This document shows, one piece after another, positions 19,351 to 29,203 of a stretch of 64,000 bases of DNA. Both the position numbers and the translations under genes were made by a program. The notes under the pieces were generated by a model. That model was given only the letters and a program-made list of their open reading frames with translations, was not told where the DNA came from and did not search any database. The first letter of the stretch is position 1. Each line of letters starts with the position of its first letter. Origin of the DNA: a virus. Lineage: Duplodnaviria; Caudoviricetes. The DNA is taken from positions 96,982-160,981 of IMG/VR virus record IMGVR_UViG_3300028591_000099; one strand, given 5' to 3'.

Positions 19351-20875
19351 TATTAAATGCTCCTGGTTCTACTTTAATTTCGAAATCATCCATCTCAATT
19401 AACTGATATCTCCAGTCTGTGGCAAACATAGGATTGATTCTACAAGTTCCTAAATCTGCTTTACACCAAAGATAAATACCTTTGTATTGACCTCTACGGT
19501 TCTTATAAATAGATAATTTTAAATTAGGTTTATCAAATATATTTTGTTTCAATAAATTATCTAAAGAATCTAAATCTTTTTGAGTTACTGGCAATAAGAT
19601 ACTGCCATAGTCAATTTTATCAGCAATCGCCTTTGCGCCTCTCAATAAGTTTTGATCCGGGGTCTCTGATTCCTGATAATCAGCATTTAACTGTGTTGCT
19701 GATTCAATAAAAATTCCATATTTATTGCAAATATCTTTTAATCTAATAGATAACATAAATAATACGTTATCTTCTCTTAATCTAACTCCACCAGAACGTC
19801 TTGTAACTTCTTCCAAAATCTTCATTGAAGTATGAATATAATCATGGAATACATATTTTACTTGATGTTCACGAATACCTTTTTTAATACGATCTTCAAC
19901 ATCTTGCAAAGAGAAATCTGGTAACTCTTCTACATAAATTGGAGATTGTTTCAAAATTTCTGCGGCCTTGCGAACCCGATCGACTTCATCGCCTTCATAC
20001 TGATTATTAATGATATGTTCTTCATTAACTGAAGATAAAAAAGCTAACATCATTGTCTGAATTTCTTCTAATTCCTGCTCAGTTGAAATGTATAAACATG
20101 GTTCAGCAATACCATTACCAATCCAACCTAACATATCATCATAAATCATATCTGCCCCAATATAGCAACAATCGGCGATCATAGATCTGGACTTGCCAAC
20201 ACCCGTAGGCGCAGACCGCAAATAAAACTTCTTTAATCTCGCACCACGAGTAACTCTATTGATAAATTTTCCATATAAAGGTGAACCTACTTCTGGATAC
20301 ATCATTAATCGATCAATTAAAGCATCAATACCCTCACCAGCTTGATGTGTATTTCCAAAAGTATCACTTACGCAATCTAATCGAATACTATCAACAATAG
20401 CATCAACCTTATCTGCAATTTGAGTTAAAGTTAAATTATCTAATTGATCCTCTTGTAACTGTAATTTCTTCGTATCTAATTCATCTGGATCATAAATAAA
20501 CCTAACATCAATTCCATATGAATCATATGCTCTTAAAAGAGTCATTTTCTTCATTTTGTTATAATAAAAGTCAAATGCTGATGGGATGGCTTTTTCAGCA
20601 ACACTTTTTAACCATTCTTCACCTTTGTTTGTTTCAAAAACAGCTTGACTTTTCGGCTTATTTGCTAAAAAATCGCAAATACTTTCAATTGAGATTTTTT
20701 CAGCACCTAATTCGTATATTTTATAAATTGCTCCAAAAACAACTTTATGAAAATCTGTAACAAAATCTTCTTCAGTAATAGTATATTTATCAGTCTCATC
20801 AAGTAGTTCTGGTTTTATAAATACACTACCAATTACTTGAACTATTGCAATTTGATCTACATATTTACTGCTCAT
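19343..20875 (-). CDS. dnaB: DnaB-like replicative helicase
   Basis: APTGVGKS, STEQ, HDYI, ATQLN and KNRRG motifs. Confidence 0.92.
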   Translation of the reverse strand: MSSKYVDQIAIVQVIGSVFIKPELLDETDKYTITEEDFVTDFHKVVFGAIYKIYELGAEKISIESICDFLANKPKSQAVFETNKGEEWLKSVAEKAIPSAFDFYYNKMKKMTLLRAYDSYGIDVRFIYDPDELDTKKLQLQEDQLDNLTLTQIADKVDAIVDSIRLDCVSDTFGNTHQAGEGIDALIDRLMMYPEVGSPLYGKFINRVTRGARLKKFYLRSAPTGVGKSRSMIADCCYIGADMIYDDMLGWIGNGIAEPCLYISTEQELEEIQTMMLAFLSSVNEEHIINNQYEGDEVDRVRKAAEILKQSPIYVEELPDFSLQDVEDRIKKGIREHQVKYVFHDYIHTSMKILEEVTRRSGGVRLREDNVLFMLSIRLKDICNKYGIFIESATQLNADYQESETPDQNLLRGAKAIADKIDYGSILLPVTQKDLDSLDNLLKQNIFDKPNLKLSIYKNRRGQYKGIYLWCKADLGTCRINPMFATDWRYQLIEMDDFEIKVEPGAFNND

Positions 20876-21395
20876 CAGAATCTCCTTGATCTAAATCTAA
20901 AAAAGAAAATAATTTGCGGCGTCGCGTTTTCCGAACGGGCTCAGGTATCGTAATTTCAATAACTTTTGGTTCATAACGCTCTAAAATCTTAGGTGCATTA
21001 TTTTGATTAGCTAACCATATAGAATAATAATAGTTATACGCATCATTATAAATATGCGGGACTATACCAATAGAACCATTTGATTTATCTATTGGGTTAT
21101 GCTTAATTTCATACCAATATTTTAATGCTCTTAAAATACCACTGTAAGTATATTCATATTCAGTATGGTATTTCTCAATTAATTTCTTAGTTGTGACGTA
21201 ATTATAAGTTTTACCAAATAAATTTTTACAGTATTCAAAAAGGGCCTCTAAATCTCGTTCTTCTTGAGTTTTTTCTTGTTCTGCTTTTTCAAAACAAGCC
21301 TTATGCCAATATCTGCGGCTTTTGATAATATATTCCTCAATACTAGCATCAAACGTCAACCCGCATCCGGGGCATTTAACCATATGTTTCGGCAT
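20865..21395 (-). CDS. Zn-finger protein upstream of dnaB (possible helicase loader)
   Basis: CPGC...HKAC; position in operon. Confidence 0.6.
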   Translation of the reverse strand: MPKHMVKCPGCGLTFDASIEEYIIKSRRYWHKACFEKAEQEKTQEERDLEALFEYCKNLFGKTYNYVTTKKLIEKYHTEYEYTYSGILRALKYWYEIKHNPIDKSNGSIGIVPHIYNDAYNYYYSIWLANQNNAPKILERYEPKVIEITIPEPVRKTRRRKLFSFLDLDQGDSDEQ

Positions 21396-21474
21396 AGAGT
21401 CCTCCTTACTATTATTATAACATAATAAAATAAAAAAGTCAACTCCTCTTTGAGGAGGAGCTGACTCTCTATTA

Positions 21475-22446
21475 TTACTTCATTAAAGTGTTTTTAATTT
21501 CATCAACAATAAGATAGACAAATTCGGCCTGATCTCTAGTTGTTTCAGAAACCTTTTTACCTTTACCTAAGTATTTATCTACAATTTCAACAATCTTTGT
21601 CCCTGCAGATGGATTCTTTTGCATGATAGCTCCTGTAATTGTCTGGAACTCACTCATTAATGCATCATAATCATAAGTCGGTGCAATTACATCAGCCACA
21701 CGATCGTTTGTAACAAACTTATTGTTGGTTTCAGCAGCTTCCTTATCAATTGCTTTATTTAATGCTTCAACTAAGGCGTCATAAGTAAATGGAATTTCAG
21801 GTTCAATATATTTAAATCTACAACCTGTATCAACAGAACCATCTAATGAACGAAGAATTAATTTACGTTCACCATTTACGATATCTGCACAAGCATAAAT
21901 ATCAGCCATGCCTTTAACAATTTCATTAACAGAACGCTGGGCGGTTGGAATCATTTGATTATATTCAGTGCCATCTTTGCGTTTAAATGTCTTATCCGCA
22001 GAGTGGGAAATAAAACATACAGCATATCCAAGTTGGGTGATGATACGGAAAGAATCCTCAAACTCTTTCTTATATTTAGACCAACCATTTGTAGACCAGC
22101 CTCCATCGCCAATGTTTTCAATACCCAACTGACTACAAATATATTTTTCACAAAGTGAAGCAGCAACATCTACTGTATCAACAATAATTGACTTATATAC
22201 TTTCTGAACTTCTGGTTTCTTAAGTTCACGTAATACCTGCTTAAATTCACCCCAAGTAGTAATATCTTGAGCAATAACTCCAGGTAATGCATTATAACCT
22301 CTTTCAAAAGCAAGAATTAATGCACCTGGAAACTGGCTACCAAAGGTAGTTTTACCTACCTTCGGTACTCCATATACATATGTAATATAACCAGATAAAT
22401 CTCTTGATACTTTATGAGGCTCAATAGCGAGAAGATTTATAGCCAT
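21475..22446 (-). CDS. AAA_24 / Sak4-like ATPase (ssDNA annealing or recombination)
   Basis: YGVPKVGKTT, FERG, VDTVD and ISH motifs. Confidence 0.85.
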   Translation of the reverse strand: MAINLLAIEPHKVSRDLSGYITYVYGVPKVGKTTFGSQFPGALILAFERGYNALPGVIAQDITTWGEFKQVLRELKKPEVQKVYKSIIVDTVDVAASLCEKYICSQLGIENIGDGGWSTNGWSKYKKEFEDSFRIITQLGYAVCFISHSADKTFKRKDGTEYNQMIPTAQRSVNEIVKGMADIYACADIVNGERKLILRSLDGSVDTGCRFKYIEPEIPFTYDALVEALNKAIDKEAAETNNKFVTNDRVADVIAPTYDYDALMSEFQTITGAIMQKNPSAGTKIVEIVDKYLGKGKKVSETTRDQAEFVYLIVDEIKNTLMK

Positions 22447-22458
22447 ATTTGCCTCCTA

Positions 22459-23433
22459 TTAGAAATTAAATTCTGCTGTCTTCGGTGTGCTTGCGGTGCT
22501 GGTTGAACTGATCGCATTAGGCCCCGCCGCACGACTTGCCTTATACTCATCAGATCTCTGCTTAATCTCAGCCAGACTATTTTCTCTTGCCTGAGCTGCA
22601 GCCTTCAAATCTTCAAATGTAATTGTTTCTTCTAATCCAAATTCATACGGTTCAGAAGCTGCCCAAGTAATTACATAATCTCTATTGGAACTCTGAACTT
22701 CTCTAACAGAATCTTCACCAAATGCAGATTCTTCATGAATATATCTTGTAATCTGCTCAGAAACGATCTGGCCTCTAACCTTTGTGAATACCGGATTCTT
22801 CGGAGATGCTTCAAGTCCAACAAAATAACTAATCGCATTCGGATTAATTGCAGAGAACTCAACCGGCATCATATCATTTCTAAAATTGAAAATTCTGCCA
22901 TTAATAATCGCCTTTGCTGGAGATGTTACATTTCCATGATCATCTTCAACTGCATCTCTTTCAGAAACACCAACGATAACAATATCAGTTTCAAAAGTAC
23001 TTCTCTGTTTTTCATTTTCACTAATTGAATTTACGACATGAACAAATCCACCCTCATTTCTCTTAACAGAAACAAGTTCTTCTGCTCCGTTTCTATCAGA
23101 ATAGAATTCATTCAAACCAATCGCAGAATCAACTCTCAATTTGGCCGCATTATCCTTAACATCTGGATCTGTATAACAACCAATTTTCTTATCAATAATT
23201 GACTTTAAAGTCGTAAATGTTGCATTTTCCTTACCCTGAGCAGTTGTTGCTGTTACATAAGTAAAATGAACTGGAACAATATTGGTTTTTGCATCATTTG
23301 TTGCAATTTCAATATTTCCACTAATGAATTCAGTACCCGGCTTTTTAGAATTCGGTCCAGATACCTTTAATTCAAGACTGTGCTGGTATAAAACCCCTTC
23401 TAAATGTGTTGTGTTAATCATTCTTTTCTTCAT
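22459..23433 (-). CDS. Putative single-stranded DNA-binding protein
   Basis: OB-like strand pattern, C-terminal EFNF tail, next to the Sak4-like gene. Confidence 0.6.
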   Translation of the reverse strand: MKKRMINTTHLEGVLYQHSLELKVSGPNSKKPGTEFISGNIEIATNDAKTNIVPVHFTYVTATTAQGKENATFTTLKSIIDKKIGCYTDPDVKDNAAKLRVDSAIGLNEFYSDRNGAEELVSVKRNEGGFVHVVNSISENEKQRSTFETDIVIVGVSERDAVEDDHGNVTSPAKAIINGRIFNFRNDMMPVEFSAINPNAISYFVGLEASPKNPVFTKVRGQIVSEQITRYIHEESAFGEDSVREVQSSNRDYVITWAASEPYEFGLEETITFEDLKAAAQARENSLAEIKQRSDEYKASRAAGPNAISSTSTASTPKTAEFNF

Positions 23434-23444
23434 AACATTTCTCC

Positions 23445-23792
23445 TTAATCAATACTATAATTTCTACCTTTTTCACTAATAGCATAAACAATTGGATCTT
23501 TACCAATCTTCTCAACAAAACCATCATTCACAAGTTTTCTTAATGTTCCAGATACTGCTCTTGACGACATAAACAAACCTTCTGCGATGTCTTTTGCTTT
23601 CGCCATTTTTATATTATTATCCTGCATATATTTCAGAATAACTTTACCATTATCGGTGATTTCAGGTTTTTCTACAACTTCGTTTTTCAGAATCTCAAGA
23701 TATGCTTCTACATTATCTGTCATAATCGTTTTTGTAAACTTTTCATCATGATTCATTAAACTTTCAATAAATTTTAAGAACTCTTCTTTCAT
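23445..23792 (-). CDS. Winged-helix DNA-binding protein
   Basis: AKDIAEGLFMSSRAVSGTLRKLVNDGFVEK. Confidence 0.8.
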   Translation of the reverse strand: MKEEFLKFIESLMNHDEKFTKTIMTDNVEAYLEILKNEVVEKPEITDNGKVILKYMQDNNIKMAKAKDIAEGLFMSSRAVSGTLRKLVNDGFVEKIGKDPIVYAISEKGRNYSID

Positions 23793-23892
23793 AAAAATAT
23801 CCTTTCAATTCCTGTATTATTATTATAACAAATTTTTTAATAATTAGCAACAAATAAACCATAAGGGTGGAGTTGACCTCCACCCTAGGTTT

Positions 23893-25248
23893 TTACAGAA
23901 TATAATTTAAGATGAACAAGAGATCACTTACTAGAATAATAGGATGAACCTCTTTAATTTTACCTTTACATAATTTTACAAATGTATAAGACCAGAAGCC
24001 AAGCATAATACCATTTGTAATACCGTATGTGAGAGCCATTGGAACGCTCGCAAATGTTGCTGGAATAGCTTCTTCAAGGTTATCCCATTCAATCTCTTTA
24101 AGAGGTGCCATCATCATGACAGCTACTACAATAAGTGCCGGGGCGGTTGCTGCGGACGGAATACCGCTAACAAAACCTGCGAAAGGCATGCTAAGTAAGA
24201 AGCAAATTGCTACGATTACAGAAACTAAACCTGTGCGGCCGCCGGCTCCGATACCGGCTGCGGATTCGACATATGTTGTAGTAGACGAGGTGCCGATCAC
24301 TGCGCCGATAGGTGTAGCGATCGCATCAGCAAACAGCGCACGATCCATTTTAGAAGCCATGCCCTTAGTTTGCTCCATATTATTCAAATCCTCTTCAGAG
24401 AAAATACCACTGACCTTACCGGTGCCAATAAATGTGCCAATAGTATCAAATAAATCAGATAGTGAGAATGAAAGAATACCAATTAATGTAGGAATAAGAT
24501 TTTTAATATTACTGAACACTTCTGGTAAGCCTTTTGTAATTGGCGTACCAAACCATTGCATATATGCACCCCAAGCTTCACCTACGCTATAACTCGTAGA
24601 GAAATTTGTAACTCCAAGCGGAACTCCTACTGCTGCCGCAATAATAATACCGATCAAAATTGCACCAGTTACATTCTTTAAAAGTAAGAAAATTGTTAAT
24701 CCTAAACCGATTAAGAATACAACTAATACCTGCCAAGAAATAGCAGTATTAATTGCTGGAATACCGAAATTGAAATGAACCAATCCAATATTGCATAATG
24801 CAATAAAAGCAATAAACATACCAATACCAGCACCAATTGCGTTCTGTAATGTCTTTGGAATAGCCGTGATAATATATTTACGAATATTCGTGACGGTAAT
24901 AATAACATTAATAATACCAGACAGTAAGACAACTGCGATAATACCTTCTGGACTTAAACCAACAAGATATGCAGTATAACCAGCCAGAATGTTAGCAGCA
25001 GTATTATTAAGTCCTAAACCAGGAGCAGCAGCATATGGAATATTAGCGATTAAGCCAAGCAACAATGTGCTAATTGCAGAAGCAAGAATCGTGGCGATGA
25101 ACATCGCACCTGGTGCCCCAAATCCTGTAAGAGTTGCCGGATTGACTACGATAATATACGCCATTGCGGCAAAGGTGGTTAAACCAGCAAGAACTTCACG
25201 AGAAACTGTAGTATTATTGTCTTTTAAATGAAATAATTTTTCTAACAT
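23893..25248 (-). CDS. NCS2/AzgA-family guanine-hypoxanthine permease (PbuG-like)
   Basis: EVLAGLTTF, APGLGLN, FDTIGT, TYVESAAGI and GGRTGL motifs. Confidence 0.92.
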   Translation of the reverse strand: MLEKLFHLKDNNTTVSREVLAGLTTFAAMAYIIVVNPATLTGFGAPGAMFIATILASAISTLLLGLIANIPYAAAPGLGLNNTAANILAGYTAYLVGLSPEGIIAVVLLSGIINVIITVTNIRKYIITAIPKTLQNAIGAGIGMFIAFIALCNIGLVHFNFGIPAINTAISWQVLVVFLIGLGLTIFLLLKNVTGAILIGIIIAAAVGVPLGVTNFSTSYSVGEAWGAYMQWFGTPITKGLPEVFSNIKNLIPTLIGILSFSLSDLFDTIGTFIGTGKVSGIFSEEDLNNMEQTKGMASKMDRALFADAIATPIGAVIGTSSTTTYVESAAGIGAGGRTGLVSVIVAICFLLSMPFAGFVSGIPSAATAPALIVVAVMMMAPLKEIEWDNLEEAIPATFASVPMALTYGITNGIMLGFWSYTFVKLCKGKIKEVHPIILVSDLLFILNYIL

Positions 25249-26511
25249 TTACTTATCTTCCTTCTCTTTTAAAATTAAGTTTAATAATACGCCAACTACC
25301 ATAGAGAGTGCTGTACCGCTGAAAGAATTGGATAAAAACCATATTCCACTAATACCAATCGTTAATACCGCACAAATAATTAACGTATTTTTAGAATCAT
25401 TAATATCCACAGAATGTAAAGTGGATAAACCACTTTTTATAATAAAACCATAAAGTATCATACTGCATCCTCCAAAGACACAGCTTGGAATACTATTAAT
25501 AAATGCTTGAACTGGAGTGATAAAACTAAGACTACCCAACAATAAAGCCGCAACGGTAATTACGCGAACTGAAGCCACTCGGCTAAAACCAGTTGTGGCA
25601 ATAGATTCTCCATAAGAAGTATTCGGTAATCCACATAATATAGTTCCTAAAAGAGATGCTGTGCCATCACCAATTAATGTTTTATCTAAACCAGGAGTCT
25701 TCGTTAAATCTGTTCCAATAATATTTGATAATACTTTATGATCGCTAATATGCTCTAACATAGCACAGATTGCGACTGGAGCAAATAACACAATTGTCTG
25801 AATAACAACGGAGAGATTTAAGGATTTTATATCCCATGTCAAAAAGGTGAAATCTGGCAAACTTAATATTGATATTCTACTAAAAACCGAAAAATCAATC
25901 ATTTTATAGCCAAAGATTGTTAATAAAATGCACACGATATATCCGAACAGTAGTCCAATTAAGAATGGGATAGTCTTTAAGAATCCTTTACAATAATGAG
26001 AACTAATCGCAATTACTAACATTGTAAGTAATGCTACGATAATTCCGATATTACTGTGTTCTCCCTCTACTGAAACATATGTGGGAATAAAAGTTGCTAA
26101 ATTGGCTCCAATTACAATAGTAACTGCTCCAATAATTGCTGGAGGAAAGATTTTATTAATTGCATTTACCCCTTTGGCTTTAACAAGTAAACCAAATAAT
26201 AAATAAATTAATGCAATAACAATACCACCAACCGCAACCGCAGTATAACCGCCAATCGCAAGTGCTCCTATAACAGCACTACAGGTAGCCCCACTACTGG
26301 AAATAAACATTGGACTTGAGAACCTGGTGATTAATTGATATAATAATGTGCCACAGCAGGCTCCAAATAAACAAGAACTAACTGGTGTCCCGCAGATATT
26401 GGCAATTAATACTGTTGCCACAAAAACTGCCAATAGCTGTTGAAGGGCATAAAGAAATAATTCTTTAAATGTCCGGGGAGTGTCGTGAATATTATAAATT
26501 AAATTATTCAT
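25249..26511 (-). CDS. NCS2 uracil permease (UraA/PyrP-like)
   Basis: LQQLLAVF, EHISDH, GDG and PNTSYGES motifs; AGGAGG RBS before MNNLIY. Confidence 0.92.
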   Translation of the reverse strand: MNNLIYNIHDTPRTFKELFLYALQQLLAVFVATVLIANICGTPVSSCLFGACCGTLLYQLITRFSSPMFISSSGATCSAVIGALAIGGYTAVAVGGIVIALIYLLFGLLVKAKGVNAINKIFPPAIIGAVTIVIGANLATFIPTYVSVEGEHSNIGIIVALLTMLVIAISSHYCKGFLKTIPFLIGLLFGYIVCILLTIFGYKMIDFSVFSRISILSLPDFTFLTWDIKSLNLSVVIQTIVLFAPVAICAMLEHISDHKVLSNIIGTDLTKTPGLDKTLIGDGTASLLGTILCGLPNTSYGESIATTGFSRVASVRVITVAALLLGSLSFITPVQAFINSIPSCVFGGCSMILYGFIIKSGLSTLHSVDINDSKNTLIICAVLTIGISGIWFLSNSFSGTALSMVVGVLLNLILKEKEDK

Positions 26512-26791
26512 TATCTTCCTCCTTATATATTTCAAACTCAATTAAATTCATAATAGCATAACTTGCTAAATCTTTAAAAGTATCTTCTAAGGATTCAAAA
26601 TCATTATGTCCTCCTTTAATAAGATTTGTAGCTCTACTTAACTTATTATGAAGAGGGACTAAACCAGAAATTGGCCCAAGAGTATGATATAATACCCCAA
26701 AGCTATCTCCATAGTTGGCATTTTTCTTTTCATAAAGATCTGCCATTGATGTTGCTATTTCTCGAAAACGCTCAACTTTATTCACAGCCAA
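26504..26791 (-). CDS. DUF1599 (nucleotide modification-associated) protein
   Basis: KKNANYGDSF and ESLEDTFKDLASYAIM motifs. Confidence 0.85.
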   Translation of the reverse strand: MAVNKVERFREIATSMADLYEKKNANYGDSFGVLYHTLGPISGLVPLHNKLSRATNLIKGGHNDFESLEDTFKDLASYAIMNLIEFEIYKEEDNE

Positions 26792-27323
26792 GATTTGCTA
26801 CCTCCTGGTTAAACTCTGGAGCAATTTTTTTCATATATTCAATAACATCTCCAATATTATTCACTAAAATTCCTGATTCTTTAATACATCCCACAACATA
26901 TAAATTTTGATAAGAATATTGCTGTTCACAAATATCTGCGGCCGCACCCATATCTTTAGCTTCACTATGTGTGCGAGAACATTCTCTATTATCGGTGCAA
27001 ATACCAATAATATATTTATGGTCTCCTCTGCGGATTTTTTCTCTCATAACACCGATTTCAGCACATGTCCCACTAGGTAATACATCACCATCAATGCACG
27101 CAATTAATACATCTGTATTATCAAGACGAGCGTTGTCTCCATCAGCAATTAATTTTGAGCCAGCAAATTTCTTTTTTCCTTCGATTCCATTAATTTCTGT
27201 ATTTTCGATAGGTGAGTATAAATCAATACCAGGAAAGACTTTTCTTATCCTATCTGCCCAGATAGTATTTCTATAATAATCTCCTTCATAGAAAATACTA
27301 CCAGCTAAATATACTTTCATCAT
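26778..27323 (-). CDS. Nucleoside 2-deoxyribosyltransferase family protein
   Basis: KVYLAG, GTCAEIG and NLYVVG motifs. Confidence 0.85.
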   Translation of the reverse strand: MMKVYLAGSIFYEGDYYRNTIWADRIRKVFPGIDLYSPIENTEINGIEGKKKFAGSKLIADGDNARLDNTDVLIACIDGDVLPSGTCAEIGVMREKIRRGDHKYIIGICTDNRECSRTHSEAKDMGAAADICEQQYSYQNLYVVGCIKESGILVNNIGDVIEYMKKIAPEFNQEVANLGCE

Positions 27324-27335
27324 ATATTTTCTCCT

Positions 27336-27602
27336 TTATATTGTACCGCCGAATCCAAGGCATTTACATCCAATAACTTCTAAAAATTCATCTATATCAT
27401 CAAAATAAGCATTATTATTATTGTAATCAGATGTTTGTAAAAAATCATTATATGAAATTATTTGTATTGAATATCCATAGGCATATGCTTTTACTTGCAT
27501 AGCTTCTGGATTTTTACAAACAAAAATTGCTTTATCTTTTTCACATAATTCCATAATTTTTTTAGTTTTTCCAGACCCAGCTGGACCTATAATTTTAACC
27601 AT
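27336..27602 (-). CDS. Small P-loop protein
   Basis: GPAGSGKT and FDDID. Confidence 0.65.
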   Translation of the reverse strand: MVKIIGPAGSGKTKKIMELCEKDKAIFVCKNPEAMQVKAYAYGYSIQIISYNDFLQTSDYNNNNAYFDDIDEFLEVIGCKCLGFGGTI

Positions 27603-28566
27603 TTAATTCTCCATCCTTGTTGCCTTGAGTGCTATTAAATCCTCAAGCGGTACTATCATAAAAATCAATCCAATAACGTTCTCTTTCATTTAATTTATTT
27701 CGAGAACATTCTTCTAAAATTTCATACATAAAATTTTCTGGACCAAGTGTTTTCATTTCAGTGTAAAATCTATTATTTCAAGACCCAATTCCAAGACCAG
27801 CTTTTATATGGTCTCTAAATCTATTTCTAATATCAACAGACTGTCCAATATAACACTGTCCTGAATGGATATTAGTAATCTTATAAATGCCACAATATGT
27901 TTTTCCAGTAGGAGTTAACCTACCAAGTAAATCCATAGTTGGTTTTTTATAATATACTTCCCATATAACTTTATTAACCGGTAATGGGTCACATTTTAAC
28001 TCTTTTACAACTTCTTTTAAACACTTAATATCTCATAACTCATCTTCTGAAATTTTAATTTTATAAAAATCTTTTTGATTTTCTTCTAAAATTCTGCGTT
28101 TATCCGCTTCAATGGCTGCGGCCTGCTTGCTTTTTAAGTCAGCAAGTTCTTCTTGTTTAAGGGTAATTTTACCAATTAATTTAGCCAATTCAGCAGCATT
28201 TTCTTCAACTAATTTTAAATACTGTTTCTTATATTCTTCTTCGGCTTTTTGATATTTTGCTCCCGCAATTTCAGCAGCCTGAGACATCCGTTCTTGCATT
28301 AAATCATAAGATTTTTTATATATTTCATTAGCCGCCACTGTTGCTTGCGAACTAATTTGCTTAATGTCTTCATTAAGTGAGACCTTTTGACGTTCTAATG
28401 CTCGATTTTCAGTCTCCGCAGAAGCGATATCCGCAGTCAATTTATTTCATTCTTGTTTTAATTGCCCATTAATTTTAACTTGTTCAATATCTTGCTTATG
28501 CTTTGGAATAAGATATATTACTAATAAAACTAATGCAGCAATAATACCTATTCAAATATATTGCAT
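27595..28566 (-). CDS. Membrane-anchored coiled-coil GIY-YIG nuclease (323 aa); TGA=Trp
   Basis: ATG 28566, N-terminal hydrophobic helix, coiled coil (ORF 28033-28440), CGIYKITN...YIGQS...R...H; TGA at 28552, 28447, 28033, 27778 and 27643. Confidence 0.85.
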
Positions 28567-28636
28567 AATCTGTTCCTAATAAATAGGGGTAGGTCTCTAC
28601 CCCGCCTACCCCTTGTTTTTATTTATTTATTTATAA

Positions 28637-28903
28637 TTATTCAGCTTCTTCAGCATCTGGGTCAAATGCCATACCTTCAGCTGTTAAGCTCAGTAACTTA
28701 ATAGCCTTATGAGAACCGTCATCTAATTCGACTTCAGCCGGTGTACGAACGCCGAGACCCTTTCTCTGAATTGCACTAGTGAAGATACCATCAACGGAAC
28801 GCTTCTCAAGTCCCAGAGCAGCTGCAACATCAGCAGCAGTTAAATCTTCACCATTGTGTGCCTTTAAATAGTCAAATACTTTTCTTGAATTTTCTTTCAT
28901 CAT
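28637..28903 (-). CDS. HTH DNA-binding protein
   Basis: LTAADVAAALGLEKRSVDG. Confidence 0.75.
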   Translation of the reverse strand: MMKENSRKVFDYLKAHNGEDLTAADVAAALGLEKRSVDGIFTSAIQRKGLGVRTPAEVELDDGSHKAIKLLSLTAEGMAFDPDAEEAE

Positions 28904-28983
28904 GTTAAATTTTCTCCTTTATTAATATATCTCTGTAAAAATTATAGCACAAATTTTTTATCTAAATCAACCTATATGAGAAA

Positions 28984-29169
28984 TTAGCCGAGTATATCTT
29001 GGACAATAGTGTCAATTTCTTCTAAATCCCACAAAGTTAGCTGATATTCGGCAATTATCGCGGTGATAGCAGTAGCAAAAGTTTCGTAATCGCTGTCACC
29101 GTTTTGCATACCTTTTTCTAGGTTGGCGATCATTTCCGCTATATGTTGTTTATCTGCTATGCTTGCCAT
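28984..29169 (-). CDS. Hypothetical protein
   Basis: AAGGAG RBS; own promoter. Confidence 0.65.
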   Translation of the reverse strand: MASIADKQHIAEMIANLEKGMQNGDSDYETFATAITAIIAEYQLTLWDLEEIDTIVQDILG

Positions 29170-29203
29170 ATCTGCTCCTTAATTTTTACATTTATATTAT
29201 ACA

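Noticed and set aside
8669-20875. Inteins or introns in nrdD, dnaE and dnaB
   Set aside because: The ORFs are continuous, of ordinary length, and show no intein terminal motifs.
27595-28033. Homing endonuclease serving the tRNA intron
   Set aside because: The GIY-YIG domain is fused to a TM helix and coiled coil and lies 23 kb away; nothing links it to the intron.
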